A stretch of DNA of 64,000 nucleotides from a virus (IMGVR_UViG_3300038393_001822:6291-70290); one strand, 5' to 3'. Shown: positions 1-10,077, counted from the first letter of the stretch. Notes: generated from the letters alone by a model not told the origin. Made by a program: numbers and translations.

Positions 1-729
1 AACTAAGGATCAAACGACATGATCTATTTAACAAGCTTCAACAATATCATATAACTAAATATAATATAGATCATTTCAAGGAATTACAAAAGGAATACAA
101 CTCACTCTGCGAACAATGGAACGCTTTAGTAATTAAATAAATAATAGGAGTTGTTACCATGTTAAAATTCATTAAAAGGTTATTTAACAAAAAGACAACA
201 CTAGAACAACAAATTGAATTATGCAGCTATCTCGATTCAATCCAAAATAAAACAATTGAAGGGATGAAACTAATATGACAATAGACCGGATCAATACATT
301 AATATTAGAATTAGAAAATAAACTATTGTATACTCAAGGAACAATAAACAGATATTTAATTGTACAAGAAATAAAGAGCCTTAATAATGAACTGGAAGCA
401 CAAACAGAATACTATTACCTATAATAAATAATTAAACTAATAAGCCTTAACGGGCTTTTTCTTTTTGCCTAGAATCAATTCTAGGCTCAGAAATCATTGT
501 TATTTCATTGATTTCAGCCTATATAATACCTATTAACCCTAATACACTTAAACGCTCATACAGCCTTAAAATGACTGTTAAAACACTGTTTTTATGATCT
601 TTCTGGGAATCATAAATAACTATACAAATAATAAAATTATTTCTTGATTTATTGGAAATACATGATATAATTATAAATATAGAAAGTAATTAAAAAAATA
701 ATCCCTTAAATGGGCTGGAGGTTGTAAAA

Positions 730-906
730 ATGAATAATTACAAAATGACAATCACTCTAGATTCATACGAAGGTTCAAAAATTTATATTGTAGATCAAGA
801 TAATGATGTTATTGAAAAACATGAAGGATTAAAAGCTAAAGCAGCATATGATTTGATGGGAAAATTAAAAACAAAATACAACATTAAAAACGCAATATTT
901 GCCTAA
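730..906 (+). CDS. hypothetical 58-aa protein
   Basis: Translated by hand (MNNYKMTITLDSYEGSK...); RBS ggagg and sigmaA-like promoter upstream. Confidence 0.6.
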   Translation: MNNYKMTITLDSYEGSKIYIVDQDNDVIEKHEGLKAKAAYDLMGKLKTKYNIKNAIFA

Positions 907-1335
907 ACAAAGATATAAATGAATATTTGATGGGAATTATGAAGGAGTGAAAAGATGATAATAAATGATGCAATCGCTGAGCAATTAATTAAATTTTTGT
1001 TCATACGTGGAGGTATAGGGCTTTTAGTTGGTTGTATTGTCGGATTTTTATTAGGTAAAGTATTTTAAGTTGTGTCTTTTTAAAAAACAAATTAGGAACC
1101 CTAACAAGGTTCTTTTTTCTTTACCTATAAATACCCTATTGTATCCATAACCAGCCCACAAATGGGATAATATGAGCTTATAACAGTAGTTAAATTTGTT
1201 ATTTTAATGGATCATGACCGGAAAAATAAATTTAAAAATAATTAATTCGATATTGATAAATTAAAATATATGGTGTATAATTATATTAAAGATAAGGAAT
1301 TAACTAAACGGGAACCTTGAAAGGAGAAAATAACA

Positions 1336-1539
1336 ATGAGTATCTATATTTTAACTGTTGTAAATATTGAGGAAGAAGATTCTTACTTTTTACCTTTTTC
1401 AACTGAAGAAAAAGCAGTAAATTTTATTAAAAATAACTTCGAACATGACAAACCTAGAAAAGTTTCAAATGATCTTTTTGAGGGAAAAGTAAATAATTAT
1501 ATAATTGATTCACAAATGATGGATCAAGAAAGAATGTAA
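1336..1539 (+). CDS. hypothetical protein
   Basis: ORF track; RBS aaggag. Confidence 0.6.
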   Translation: MSIYILTVVNIEEEDSYFLPFSTEEKAVNFIKNNFEHDKPRKVSNDLFEGKVNNYIIDSQMMDQERM

Positions 1540-1614
1540 ATTATAAAATTTAACTCTTGATAATCCCTATAACAATTAATTACATAACAGAAAAGGTTAT
1601 AGGGATATGTTAGA

Positions 1615-1848
1615 ATGAAAAGATATAACAAAGGAGATTGTAAAATGAATTACGGATACACGGATAAAGAATGGGAAGATATTAAATCTGGAAAATGGAA
1701 TGAAAGATATTTTGATTGTGCAAAAAGACACATCAAAGCTGATAATATACAATTCCCGCATTTATTTTATTTATTAAAATTAATTGAAAATCAACAAAAG
1801 GAAATTGAGCGACTAAAGATACTATCTGAAATCGAAGAAGAATGGTAA
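1615..1848 (+). CDS. hypothetical protein (likely true start about 1645)
   Basis: ORF track; RBS aaaggag precedes the internal ATG. Confidence 0.55.
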   Translation: MKRYNKGDCKMNYGYTDKEWEDIKSGKWNERYFDCAKRHIKADNIQFPHLFYLLKLIENQQKEIERLKILSEIEEEW

Positions 1849-2065
1849 TACATCTTTAGAGAAAATTTTACAACAATTGAAAGAAGAATTTCATTAGGAT
1901 ATAACAGCAAGCAGCCTATAACAAGGGGGCTGTTTTTTTAATTGTAAATATTTTAATAAATACACTTGTTAATAAGTGATAATACTGCTATAATTAGAAG
2001 TGGATATGTATGTTTATTTTTATCTATTCAAAATTAAGTTAATAATAAGTGAAGGAGGTTAAACA

Positions 2066-2251
2066 ATGTCAAAGGATTATTTTTTCTGTTATGACTCAGG
2101 GTTACACAGATTTTTACACAAGGTTAATAAACAACAATACATATGTGCAGCAATCCATGAAACGACTAATAGGAAGTTTTGGCTCTATGAACAAAATGAT
2201 ACTATTAATCAATTAATCACAAAATATAAAACATTTATGAAAGCTCAGTAA
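2066..2251 (+). CDS. small DUF5659-like protein
   Basis: FFCYDSGLHRFL...FWLY pattern; RBS aaggagg; sits before a Rep-like gene. Confidence 0.5.
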   Translation: MSKDYFFCYDSGLHRFLHKVNKQQYICAAIHETTNRKFWLYEQNDTINQLITKYKTFMKAQ

Positions 2252-2307
2252 ACTGTTAAACATATTAATCAATGAACTGTTAACCAAAGTAAAGGAGTTA
2301 AAAATAA

Positions 2308-2817
2308 ATGGCAAAGGATAACCAGAATGAACTATTTATCTATTTACAAAATATAGGGGCGCAGGCAGTAAATAAATTTATAGAGGATCAAGGCTTAGAA
2401 CTTGATTATCAAATGTATTTCCAGATGAAAGATGTATCTAAAACAAAATGGAAATCAAAAAGTCATTTCATAAAACTATATGAACAGGAGTTGCATAAAT
2501 TAATGTCTAAAAAGGTTATTGACATTGAAATGCTCGGATTCTTAACTCTATTGTCATTATATTTGAATTTTGAAGATAACTGTTTAATCAATAAAGACGG
2601 TACATATTTAAATCAAAAAGACATAATTGAATTAACTGGATGGAGTAAACCAAAAGTAAATAAGTTTATCAAAGAGGCCATAGACAGTGAATTAATGTAT
2701 GAAAAGAAGCAGGAAATAGATAAGCGTAAAAGTAAATATTATTTAAATCCTCATCTTTTCTTTAAGGGACAAAAGATATCAAAAGAAACAAAGGATCAAT
2801 ATAACAAAGAAAAATAG
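2308..2817 (+). CDS. RepL-like winged-helix replication/DNA-binding protein
   Basis: HTH LNQKDIIELTGWSKPKVNKFIKE and C-terminal YYLNPHLFFKG typical of Firmicute RepL-like proteins. Confidence 0.55.
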   Translation: MAKDNQNELFIYLQNIGAQAVNKFIEDQGLELDYQMYFQMKDVSKTKWKSKSHFIKLYEQELHKLMSKKVIDIEMLGFLTLLSLYLNFEDNCLINKDGTYLNQKDIIELTGWSKPKVNKFIKEAIDSELMYEKKQEIDKRKSKYYLNPHLFFKGQKISKETKDQYNKEK

Positions 2818-2900
2818 GTAATAGAATTGTTACCTAAATATAATTAAGTGTACATAAATCAACGTTTCTATAACACGATAGGTAACATAATTGATACCTA
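2815..2900. repeat. two 22-bp palindromic repeats TAGGTAA-N8-T(T/A)ACCTA-like, 64 bp apart
   Basis: taggtaatagaattgttaccta (2815-2836) and taggtaacataattgataccta (2879-2900). Confidence 0.7.
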
Positions 2901-3275
2901 ATTTTTACCCATAAAACCTAGCAATATCAATGTTTCAAGGCACTTTTTGAAGGAAAAGTTATCTTAATTATCTACCCTTTATTTACTTTAACTATTACAT
3001 AATAAATTTAAATTAACAATACATATGAAATAATTATTAAATTAGCGGTAAGCGATAGCGTAACGCTACAAAGGAACAATTTCATTGTGACTGCGATTGT
3101 CTGAGAACTATATAAGATTATTACACAGTACAAAGTATAGCATCTCGTAACAATACAGTATAACAGTCGTGTATTAGTTCTCGGACATAACGTCACAATT
3201 GAAAATTGTTCCTTGCATTGTATCAGCGCTTAATGCGCTTCACAATGGATTATAATATAAAGGAGTTAATTGTAA

Positions 3276-3782
3276 ATGGATAAATTATTAAAATGTTATC
3301 ATTGCAATATTAAAAGTCTTAAAGATAATATGATTAAATTAGAAATTGATCTTCCTTCAAATTTAAATAAACCAGATTCCAAAAAGAAAGGATATAGATA
3401 TTATCATCCTGAATGTTATTATAAAAAGCCTACATATTATCATTTAAAGAAAATTTTTGAATCACAATTTGAAAATGTGTTTACACATTTAGATACTAAA
3501 ATAAATGCCGGAAACCTGATACCATTTAAAGATGTTTCTGATTTTCTTTATGTTAAAATGTCATTTAGAATGTGGAGAACCCTATTTGATGAGTTTTTAA
3601 TGAAATATATAAGAAAAGAAATGCAACAAAGTGTATTGGATTATACTGCCGAGGGATATTTACAAGGAACTTTAGATAAATATAATTTAAATAGACAATT
3701 ATATATAGTTGAACGAGAAAAAGGTAATGATATTAGAAGTTATAACTTTACAATGTGGAGTGAGAAAAGGAAATCAAAATAA
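3276..3782 (+). CDS. hypothetical protein with N-terminal CxxC
   Basis: ORF track; RBS aaggag. Confidence 0.65.
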   Translation: MDKLLKCYHCNIKSLKDNMIKLEIDLPSNLNKPDSKKKGYRYYHPECYYKKPTYYHLKKIFESQFENVFTHLDTKINAGNLIPFKDVSDFLYVKMSFRMWRTLFDEFLMKYIRKEMQQSVLDYTAEGYLQGTLDKYNLNRQLYIVEREKGNDIRSYNFTMWSEKRKSK

Positions 3783-3863
3783 AAATATACAAATATTATT
3801 GACTAATTGGAAATTATAAACTATAATACAATTAAATAAAACATTTCCAAGGAGGAAAATAAA

Positions 3864-4229
3864 ATGAAAAACTGGAAAGGTAACATTAGTGTCTTAATTA
3901 TTATTTTATTCGTAGCTGGAGCGTATTTCTTAGCTCATCATGATGATTCTATTCCACAAGATGCATCTTATATAACAGCAAAGGCAGACATGAACCAAGA
4001 TGATATAACAGTCAATGATATTAGTTCAGATGATTCAAGTATGCAGGATAAGCCAGAGGTTGTAGTAGGTGATCCGTTCCAGAAAGTATTGAAAGTTTTA
4101 GGTGAACCAGATAATAAAACAGTTACAAAGGATAAATATGGTGCATGTGAACTTTGGACATATGATACAGAAGGAAAGGCAATTTTCATTGTTAATGGTT
4201 GGGTGGATTCTATAACAGAAAGTAATTAA
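3864..4229 (+). CDS. membrane-anchored SmpA/BLIP-like protein
   Basis: N-terminal TM helix; VGDPFQKVLKVLGEP...WTYD motif. Confidence 0.5.
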   Translation: MKNWKGNISVLIIILFVAGAYFLAHHDDSIPQDASYITAKADMNQDDITVNDISSDDSSMQDKPEVVVGDPFQKVLKVLGEPDNKTVTKDKYGACELWTYDTEGKAIFIVNGWVDSITESN

Positions 4230-4249
4230 TATAACAGAGGGGTGAAATA

Positions 4250-4450
4250 ATGAATAAATTTATAATGGATGAAGATGGACATTTGACACGTAATCCTGAT
4301 TTTGCTAAATATCAAACCATTTATAAAACATCTTACGGTACTGTAAAGGCTGACTTTAAAAATAAGATGTCCTTTGAAGAAGCTGAAGAATATGGAAAAG
4401 ATTATTGTGAAAAAATGGGTTTTGAATATATCGAAACAGTAAAGATATAA
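4250..4450 (+). CDS. hypothetical protein
   Basis: ORF track; RBS ggggtg. Confidence 0.55.
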   Translation: MNKFIMDEDGHLTRNPDFAKYQTIYKTSYGTVKADFKNKMSFEEAEEYGKDYCEKMGFEYIETVKI

Positions 4451-4680
4451 TAAAATCATTCATTTAATAGGAGGTAGAATTCTATGGAAATTAATATAAC
4501 AAAACAACAATATAAATTAATTCGTGAAGCTCTGGAACAATATTATTATATCTGCAAAGATGAGTATAACGATAGCAAATTAGAACCGATAATTAAGTTA
4601 GAAGAATCTTTAATTGAACAATCTAAAAAGAAAAGCTAATATAATTAAACGTTTATTGTAATTTAAAAGGGGGATTTGAA

Positions 4681-4887
4681 ATGAATGAAGCAGCAAAGTA
4701 AACTTTTGAAATTTCACGATTAAAATTAGAAAATAATACACTTTTAAAAATTGTTCAGAGATATGAAAAAGTATTAATAGAATGTATTGAACAAGAAGGA
4801 TTAATGAACTTCCTCGATGAAAATGATTGGGCTATTTCCGAAGATTACTTTGTTCGTTTGGCAAGAGAAGCTTTGCTACGAGAATAG
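4681..4887 (+). pseudogene. 69-codon small gene with in-frame TAA at codon 7
   Basis: Strong RBS aaaaggggga; MNEAAK*TFEISRLKLENN...LLRE*; stop at 4699-4701. Confidence 0.55.
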
Positions 4888-4942
4888 ATCATCTTAAAAA
4901 ATGATTTACAATAAAATATGAATTTCAAGGAGGGAAAATAAA

Positions 4943-5332
4943 ATGGAAAGTGAAGTCTTGTTAGATCCAATTAAAGAAATTTCCTATATATTAGAATCAA
5001 ATGGTTATGGTAAAAACCTAAGAGTAGGACACATTACATATGATAACAAAATAAACAAAGATTATCAGTATCAGATAATTAGAGAGTCTACTCATGACGG
5101 AACAGCAGTATTTACACAGGGGTTAATTTTTAAAGCTTTATCTAATTTAATTAATAAACAGAGTTATTATAAAGGGAATATAAGCGAGGATCAATTATCT
5201 AAAGTAAAAGATGTAAATTATATGATCGGTGATATTAAATTAGAAACTGAATATGGTGTTAAAGCTGAATTTGGGGCAGCTATTAGGCAAGTAGTTTCAA
5301 TTCCTGTAAAAGTTGAATATGAATTTAAATAA
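4943..5332 (+). CDS. hypothetical protein
   Basis: ORF track; RBS aggaggg; stop codon lies in a 16-bp junction palindrome. Confidence 0.7.
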   Translation: MESEVLLDPIKEISYILESNGYGKNLRVGHITYDNKINKDYQYQIIRESTHDGTAVFTQGLIFKALSNLINKQSYYKGNISEDQLSKVKDVNYMIGDIKLETEYGVKAEFGAAIRQVVSIPVKVEYEFK

Positions 5333-5365
5333 AATTACCATTTCAATATAACAGGAGGCTATAAG

Positions 5366-5566
5366 ATGTCAAAAGATCTATTACCGCATGAAAAGTTATT
5401 AGAGGCAGAAGCCTATATTAAAAGGCAACAAGAAACAATTGAACGTTATGAAGATGCATTAACTAAAATAGCTACAAGAAAAATGAGTATGTATATAGAT
5501 AAAGATCATATGCTTAGGAATTTTATTTACTTAGCTGATAATGCTTTAAATGGAGAAGAAGGTTAA
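5366..5566 (+). CDS. hypothetical coiled-coil protein
   Basis: ORF track; RBS aggagg. Confidence 0.65.
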   Translation: MSKDLLPHEKLLEAEAYIKRQQETIERYEDALTKIATRKMSMYIDKDHMLRNFIYLADNALNGEEG

Positions 5567-5918
5567 AAGCCCAAATAAAACTCTTATTTTAAATACTTAA
5601 TTTTCAAATATCCTCTTGTAAATGTAAATAATTTAATGTAAAATAAGATTATCAAATACATTAACTCTTTTGGAGGTATTTAAAATGGAAGAATTAAAAA
5701 AATTCAAAGTACTTTATGGTGATTACAGAGATCCTAGCGAGTTTTATTGTGAAGCTAAAAATGCAGAACAGGCCAAGACATTATTCAGAAGGAAATATGG
5801 TTATAATTATATTAAAATTCAAAGGGTTATAGAAATCAATGAATAAAAATTATTTACAATAACCAGTCAGAAAAAACTGGCTGGTTTATTTTTTAATAAA
5901 ATTAATTTAACAAGGAAG

Positions 5919-6395
5919 GTGATTACTATTAACGTTTTATCTTTATTTGATGGTAAATATAAAGTTACTGAGGATGGTAAAATATTGTCCACAGTAGGTA
6001 ATGAAAAAGAATTAAAAGGTAAAGTAACAAAAGAAGGATACAGAATGGTAGTTTTTAATGTTGATAAAAAGAAGATTTATAAAAATGTACATAGATTAGT
6101 CGCTGAAGCTTTTATACCTAATTCATTAAATTTACCAGAGGTTAATCATATTGATGGAAATAAATTGAATAACCATGTTGATAATTTAGAATGGGTAACG
6201 AGTAAAGAAAATCAGATACACGCAAGAGATGTGTTAGGTGCTAATTGCAAAATTAATATGGAAACTGCTAATAAAATAAGGGAATTGTATTCTACAGGTG
6301 ATTATTCACATAGGGAATTAGCAAAAATGTTTAACATTGGTAAAACGCAAATAGGTTCTATAGTTAATAATAAGAGGTGGATAAACAATGATTAA
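5919..6395 (+). CDS. HNH homing endonuclease with MTase-derived N-terminal leader
   Basis: VHRLVAEAF...VNHIDGNKLNNHVDNLEWVT HNH motif; C-terminal HTH; starts MITINVLSLFDG. Confidence 0.85.
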   Translation: MITINVLSLFDGKYKVTEDGKILSTVGNEKELKGKVTKEGYRMVVFNVDKKKIYKNVHRLVAEAFIPNSLNLPEVNHIDGNKLNNHVDNLEWVTSKENQIHARDVLGANCKINMETANKIRELYSTGDYSHRELAKMFNIGKTQIGSIVNNKRWINND

Positions 6396-7446
6396 TGGGA
6401 TGAATGTGTTAAGTTTATTCGATGGAATGTCGTGCGGCAGAATAGCATTGGAAAAAGTAGGAATTAAAGTGGATAAGTATTTTGCTAGTGAAATTAAACC
6501 ACACGGAATTAAAGTTACACAAGAAAACTATCCTAATACAATTCAAATTGGAGATGTAACTAAAGTAAGTTACGAAAATGGAATTCTTCACACTGAAAAT
6601 GGTGATTTTAAAGTGGGAGAAATTGATTTATTAATCGGAGGTTCACCATGCCAGAACTTTTCAATAGCATGTATTACAGAAAAAAGGAAAGGTCTGGAAG
6701 GAGAAAAATCAGCGCTATTCTATGAATATCTAAGATTACTAAAAGAAGTGAATCCAAGATATTTTCTACTTGAAAATGTAGGTAGTATGAAAAAGGACGA
6801 TCAACAAAAAATTAGTGAATACTTGGGATATAAACCTAATAATATCAATAGTAAGTTTTTTACTGCTCAATTAAGAAATCGTCTTTATTGGACTAATTTT
6901 GAAGTTTTACATGATTATCATGATAAAGGCATTAAACTCAATGATATATTAACTGAAGGTTGGTCAGACAGAGAAAAATCGAGATGTTTGTTGGAAGGTG
7001 ACAGTAGGCCTAATACAACACCAGTTAAAATGTTTCATAGATATTATTCTAGTGGTTTTACAACTTTAATATTTAAATCACAAGAACATTACATATCTTG
7101 TAAAAATCATTATGATACATATTTCAAAGGGTTATCTGCCAAGGAAATAGATGAAAAATTAAATGATGATATTGATTTAAGTATTTACGATGGAACTAGA
7201 TATTTAAACCAAGTAGAATTGGAGAGACTTCAATCTGTTCCGGCAGGATATACAAAATCAGTTGATAGAAACGAAGCTGCTAGTCTTTTAGGTGACGGAT
7301 GGACGGTAGAAGTAATCGCACATATCTTTAAAGGTTTGAAGGATAAAGTTAATACAATCGTATTTGATATTATAAATGATTACTTGAATCAAGAAGAACA
7401 AGAAAATACATATACTAATATAAATGATTTACATAAACACGCTTAA
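6388..7446 (+). CDS. DNA (cytosine-5) methyltransferase
   Basis: Motifs VLSLFDG (I), GGSPCQ (IV), LENV (VI), QLRNRLYW (VIII), ELERLQ, LGDGW (X). Confidence 0.9.
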   Translation: MINGMNVLSLFDGMSCGRIALEKVGIKVDKYFASEIKPHGIKVTQENYPNTIQIGDVTKVSYENGILHTENGDFKVGEIDLLIGGSPCQNFSIACITEKRKGLEGEKSALFYEYLRLLKEVNPRYFLLENVGSMKKDDQQKISEYLGYKPNNINSKFFTAQLRNRLYWTNFEVLHDYHDKGIKLNDILTEGWSDREKSRCLLEGDSRPNTTPVKMFHRYYSSGFTTLIFKSQEHYISCKNHYDTYFKGLSAKEIDEKLNDDIDLSIYDGTRYLNQVELERLQSVPAGYTKSVDRNEAASLLGDGWTVEVIAHIFKGLKDKVNTIVFDIINDYLNQEEQENTYTNINDLHKHA

Positions 7447-7497
7447 TAATTATTTTGTACCTTATGAAAGATTAGAAAAAGTATATTAACAAGGAAG

Positions 7498-8364
7498 GTG
7501 ATTGCTATAAAAGTACTAAGTTTATTCGATGGCATAAGTTCAGGTCAAATTGCACTTGAACGTGCTGAGATTCCAATAGATTCATATTATGGTAGTGAAA
7601 TAGATAAACATGCCATTAAAGTAACTCAACATAATTATCCTAGTACTAATCACTTGGGTGATGTTACTAATTGGAAAGCGTGGGAATTACCTAATATTGA
7701 TTTACTGATTGGGGGCAGCCCTTGCACTGGATTTTCAGTTTCAGGTAAAATGTTAAACTTTCAAGATCCTCAAAGTAAATTATTCTTTGAATATGCTGCT
7801 ATTTTAAAGGTCACTAAGCCGAGATACTTCTTATTAGAAAACGTCAAAATGAAACAATGGTGTCAAGATGTGATAAGTGAATATTTAGGAGTAGAACCCA
7901 TTGAAATTAATTCATCTCTTCTAAGTGCTCAAAACAGAGTCAGGATGTATTGGACTAATATCCCTAATGTAACTATTCCAGAGGATAAAGAAATTAATTT
8001 AAGCGATATTCTAGAGTCTGATCATACATATAATCCGGCTGCTATAAGGGGTAGACCAATCGAAGGAAAAAATGTTCAATGTCTTGAAGTAAAGAAAACA
8101 AATACAAATAAATCAAACTGCCTTACAACAGTTGAAAAAGATAATGTATTAACCCCTTTATCTCCGGGTAGATATCCAGATGTATTTAATAAAAAGTTAC
8201 CTTATAGAAACTACACATTAAAAGAATATTGTCGTTTACAGACTGTTCCGGAAGATTATTTTGATAATATTGTAAGTGAGAATCAAGCCAAAAGGATGCT
8301 CGGAAACGGATGGAATGTTGATACAATTTCCCACATACTAAGTTTTATTAAATTAGATAAATAA
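7498..8364 (+). CDS. DNA (cytosine-5) methyltransferase
   Basis: Motifs VLSLFDG, GGSPCTG, LENV, AQNRVRMYW, RLQTVP, LGNGW. Confidence 0.9.
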   Translation: MIAIKVLSLFDGISSGQIALERAEIPIDSYYGSEIDKHAIKVTQHNYPSTNHLGDVTNWKAWELPNIDLLIGGSPCTGFSVSGKMLNFQDPQSKLFFEYAAILKVTKPRYFLLENVKMKQWCQDVISEYLGVEPIEINSSLLSAQNRVRMYWTNIPNVTIPEDKEINLSDILESDHTYNPAAIRGRPIEGKNVQCLEVKKTNTNKSNCLTTVEKDNVLTPLSPGRYPDVFNKKLPYRNYTLKEYCRLQTVPEDYFDNIVSENQAKRMLGNGWNVDTISHILSFIKLDK

Positions 8365-8472
8365 TTATATAAATACATACCATAACATACATATAGAAAT
8401 AAAATAAAAGTATCGTTTTAATTAAATTATTCCTTTACAAATACAATTAATTTAATATATAATTTAAATAAG

Positions 8473-8619
8473 ATCAATAACCTTCTAGGGAGAGTGTGGG
8501 ACTCTCCACGGACATAGATAAGAGCGTTTCATGGATTCAACTCCTTTCTGGAATTGTAGGGAAGGCAGGGATGACCACAGGAGCATACTAACTCCTGCTC
8601 TGCCTAGAGGGTTATTGAT
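8473..8619 (+). ncRNA. candidate structured ncRNA/leader (about 147 nt)
   Basis: 17-bp terminal stem atcaataaccttctagg / cctagagggttattgat; internal hairpins gagagt/actctc, aggcag/ctgcct, caggag/ctcctg; GC-rich island; sigmaA promoter 8434-8463; T-run after. Confidence 0.6.
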
Positions 8620-8654
8620 TTTTTATTTATATATTCAATAAGGAGGACAATAAC

Positions 8655-8747
8655 ATGCGTAAATGGATCTGTGAAAATAATTATACATTTATCATTATCA
8701 CATTAGGTTTGTTGTTTGATCTTGCAATTATTAAACTATTACAATAA
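8655..8747 (+). CDS. 30-aa hydrophobic peptide
   Basis: MRKWICENNYTFIIITLGLLFDLAIIKLLQ; RBS aaggagg. Confidence 0.55.
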   Translation: MRKWICENNYTFIIITLGLLFDLAIIKLLQ

Positions 8748-8759
8748 GTAGGTGTATCA

Positions 8760-8894
8760 ATGTATTGGTGGTTAACTATAATTAATTTTATCATGGCATA
8801 TCTTTGTTATAAAACAGCAAATAATAAATTATTAAATGAAATTATATTACTAATAAGTTCTATAGTTATACTTTTCGATTTAATGACACTTTAA
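8760..8894 (+). CDS. 44-aa membrane peptide
   Basis: MYWWLTIINFIMAYLCYK...; RBS aggtg. Confidence 0.5.
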   Translation: MYWWLTIINFIMAYLCYKTANNKLLNEIILLISSIVILFDLMTL

Positions 8895-8907
8895 GGAGTT
8901 ACATACA

Positions 8908-9000
8908 ATGGGCTATATAATCATTACTACGATTGTTCTAATCTTATTATGGATTAATGAGGAAAGAGACTGGGTAAAGGTAAAGAAGGTGAAAAGATGA
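8908..9000 (+). CDS. 30-aa membrane peptide
   Basis: MGYIIITTIVLILLWINEERDWVKVKKVKR; RBS aaggag. Confidence 0.5.
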   Translation: MGYIIITTIVLILLWINEERDWVKVKKVKR

Positions 9001-9215
9001 AACCTTATATTGTACAGAATGTAAGAATGAAGTCTGCAGCCGGCTATTATTTAGGTAGTATCCAATTTGAAGGGGAAGATGCTTGCCCTTATGATCGTGA
9101 CAGTTTGTATTATCCGAGTGAAGAACATTTAAAGTTTGATTATCCTAATTCGATTAGTGAGGAAGAAGCGTTTCAGAGGGCTATTTATTTGAATAAGTAT
9201 AAGAAGGTGGATTGA
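8997..9215 (+). CDS. hypothetical protein
   Basis: ORF track. Confidence 0.6.
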   Translation: MKPYIVQNVRMKSAAGYYLGSIQFEGEDACPYDRDSLYYPSEEHLKFDYPNSISEEEAFQRAIYLNKYKKVD

Positions 9216-9488
9216 ATGAGAGAGATAGAAAGAATTGAGCGTGTTTTAGATTTAATTAAACGAATATGGATTAAACAACCTGACTCCAGATTTATGCAGA
9301 TGATGAGTAATTTGTCTTGGAATTATAGTGCTGCAAATAATGATGCCTATAAAGAGTATTCATACAGTAAATGGGAGACTCCAAAAGGAATTATATTTAA
9401 TAAAGATGTTGTAAATGTAGATTGTTTTCATCTTGAGGACGATAAACTTGAGATATTTTTGCAGGATTATTTAGAAAAATTACAATGA
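9216..9488 (+). CDS. hypothetical phage protein
   Basis: MREIERIERVLDLIKRIW...PDSRFMQ family pattern; stop lies in a junction palindrome. Confidence 0.65.
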   Translation: MREIERIERVLDLIKRIWIKQPDSRFMQMMSNLSWNYSAANNDAYKEYSYSKWETPKGIIFNKDVVNVDCFHLEDDKLEIFLQDYLEKLQ

Positions 9489-9516
9489 AATCCACATTTC
9501 AAAAGGAGATAATAAT

Positions 9517-9889
9517 ATGAGAGAAATTAAATTTCGTTTTTACCAAAAAAACTCATAAACAAATGTGCAATTGGGATTATGTGAAAGGTTATAAAGTATC
9601 AGCATTAGAAGATAATCAAGATTGTGATTCATATAGTCCTTGGATGCAATATACCGGAATTAAAGACAGAAACGGAAAAGAAATTTATGAAGGTGATATT
9701 GTTAAAGTTTCTGAAGAGTATGGAGGTCATGCTTATTCTCCACTTGTTGTCGATTTTAAGGATAGTTGTTTTGTTCTTAGACGTATAAATTATATGTCTG
9801 ATTATAATCCAATGTTTAAATATGATTTTACCAAAGTATATGAAATAATTGGTAACATTTATGAGAATCCAGAATTATTAAGCGAATGA
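9517..9889 (+). pseudogene. YopX-family gene with a +1 frameshift in an A7 run
   Basis: MREIKFRFYQK at 9517 (RBS aaggag) is out of frame with MQYTGIKDRNGKEIYEGDIV...EIIGNIYENPELL; one fewer A at 9545-9551 fuses them. Confidence 0.75.
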
Positions 9890-9915
9890 AATACAGATTT
9901 CAAGGAGTGAAAAAT

Positions 9916-10077
9916 ATGCTAAAAGTAGGAGATAAAGTTAAACCAAAAAAAGGATTTTGGAAAGGTTTTGAAGGTATAATTATTAAAATTTATAATGGAG
10001 AAGATTATCCTATTCAAGTTCAATTTGAAGAAGGAGAAACTAACAGTTATTATGATTATCAATTAGAATTAAGCTAA
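9916..10077 (+). CDS. small KOW/SH3-like protein
   Basis: MLKVGDKVKPKKGFWKGFEGII; RBS aaggagtg favours 9916 over 9886. Confidence 0.6.
   Translation: MLKVGDKVKPKKGFWKGFEGIIIKIYNGEDYPIQVQFEEGETNSYYDYQLELS

Noticed and set aside
8531-8546. tRNA or tRNA-like T-arm (ggattcaactcc)
   Set aside because: T-stem closing pair fails and no acceptor or anticodon arms are found; kept only as part of the unassigned ncRNA
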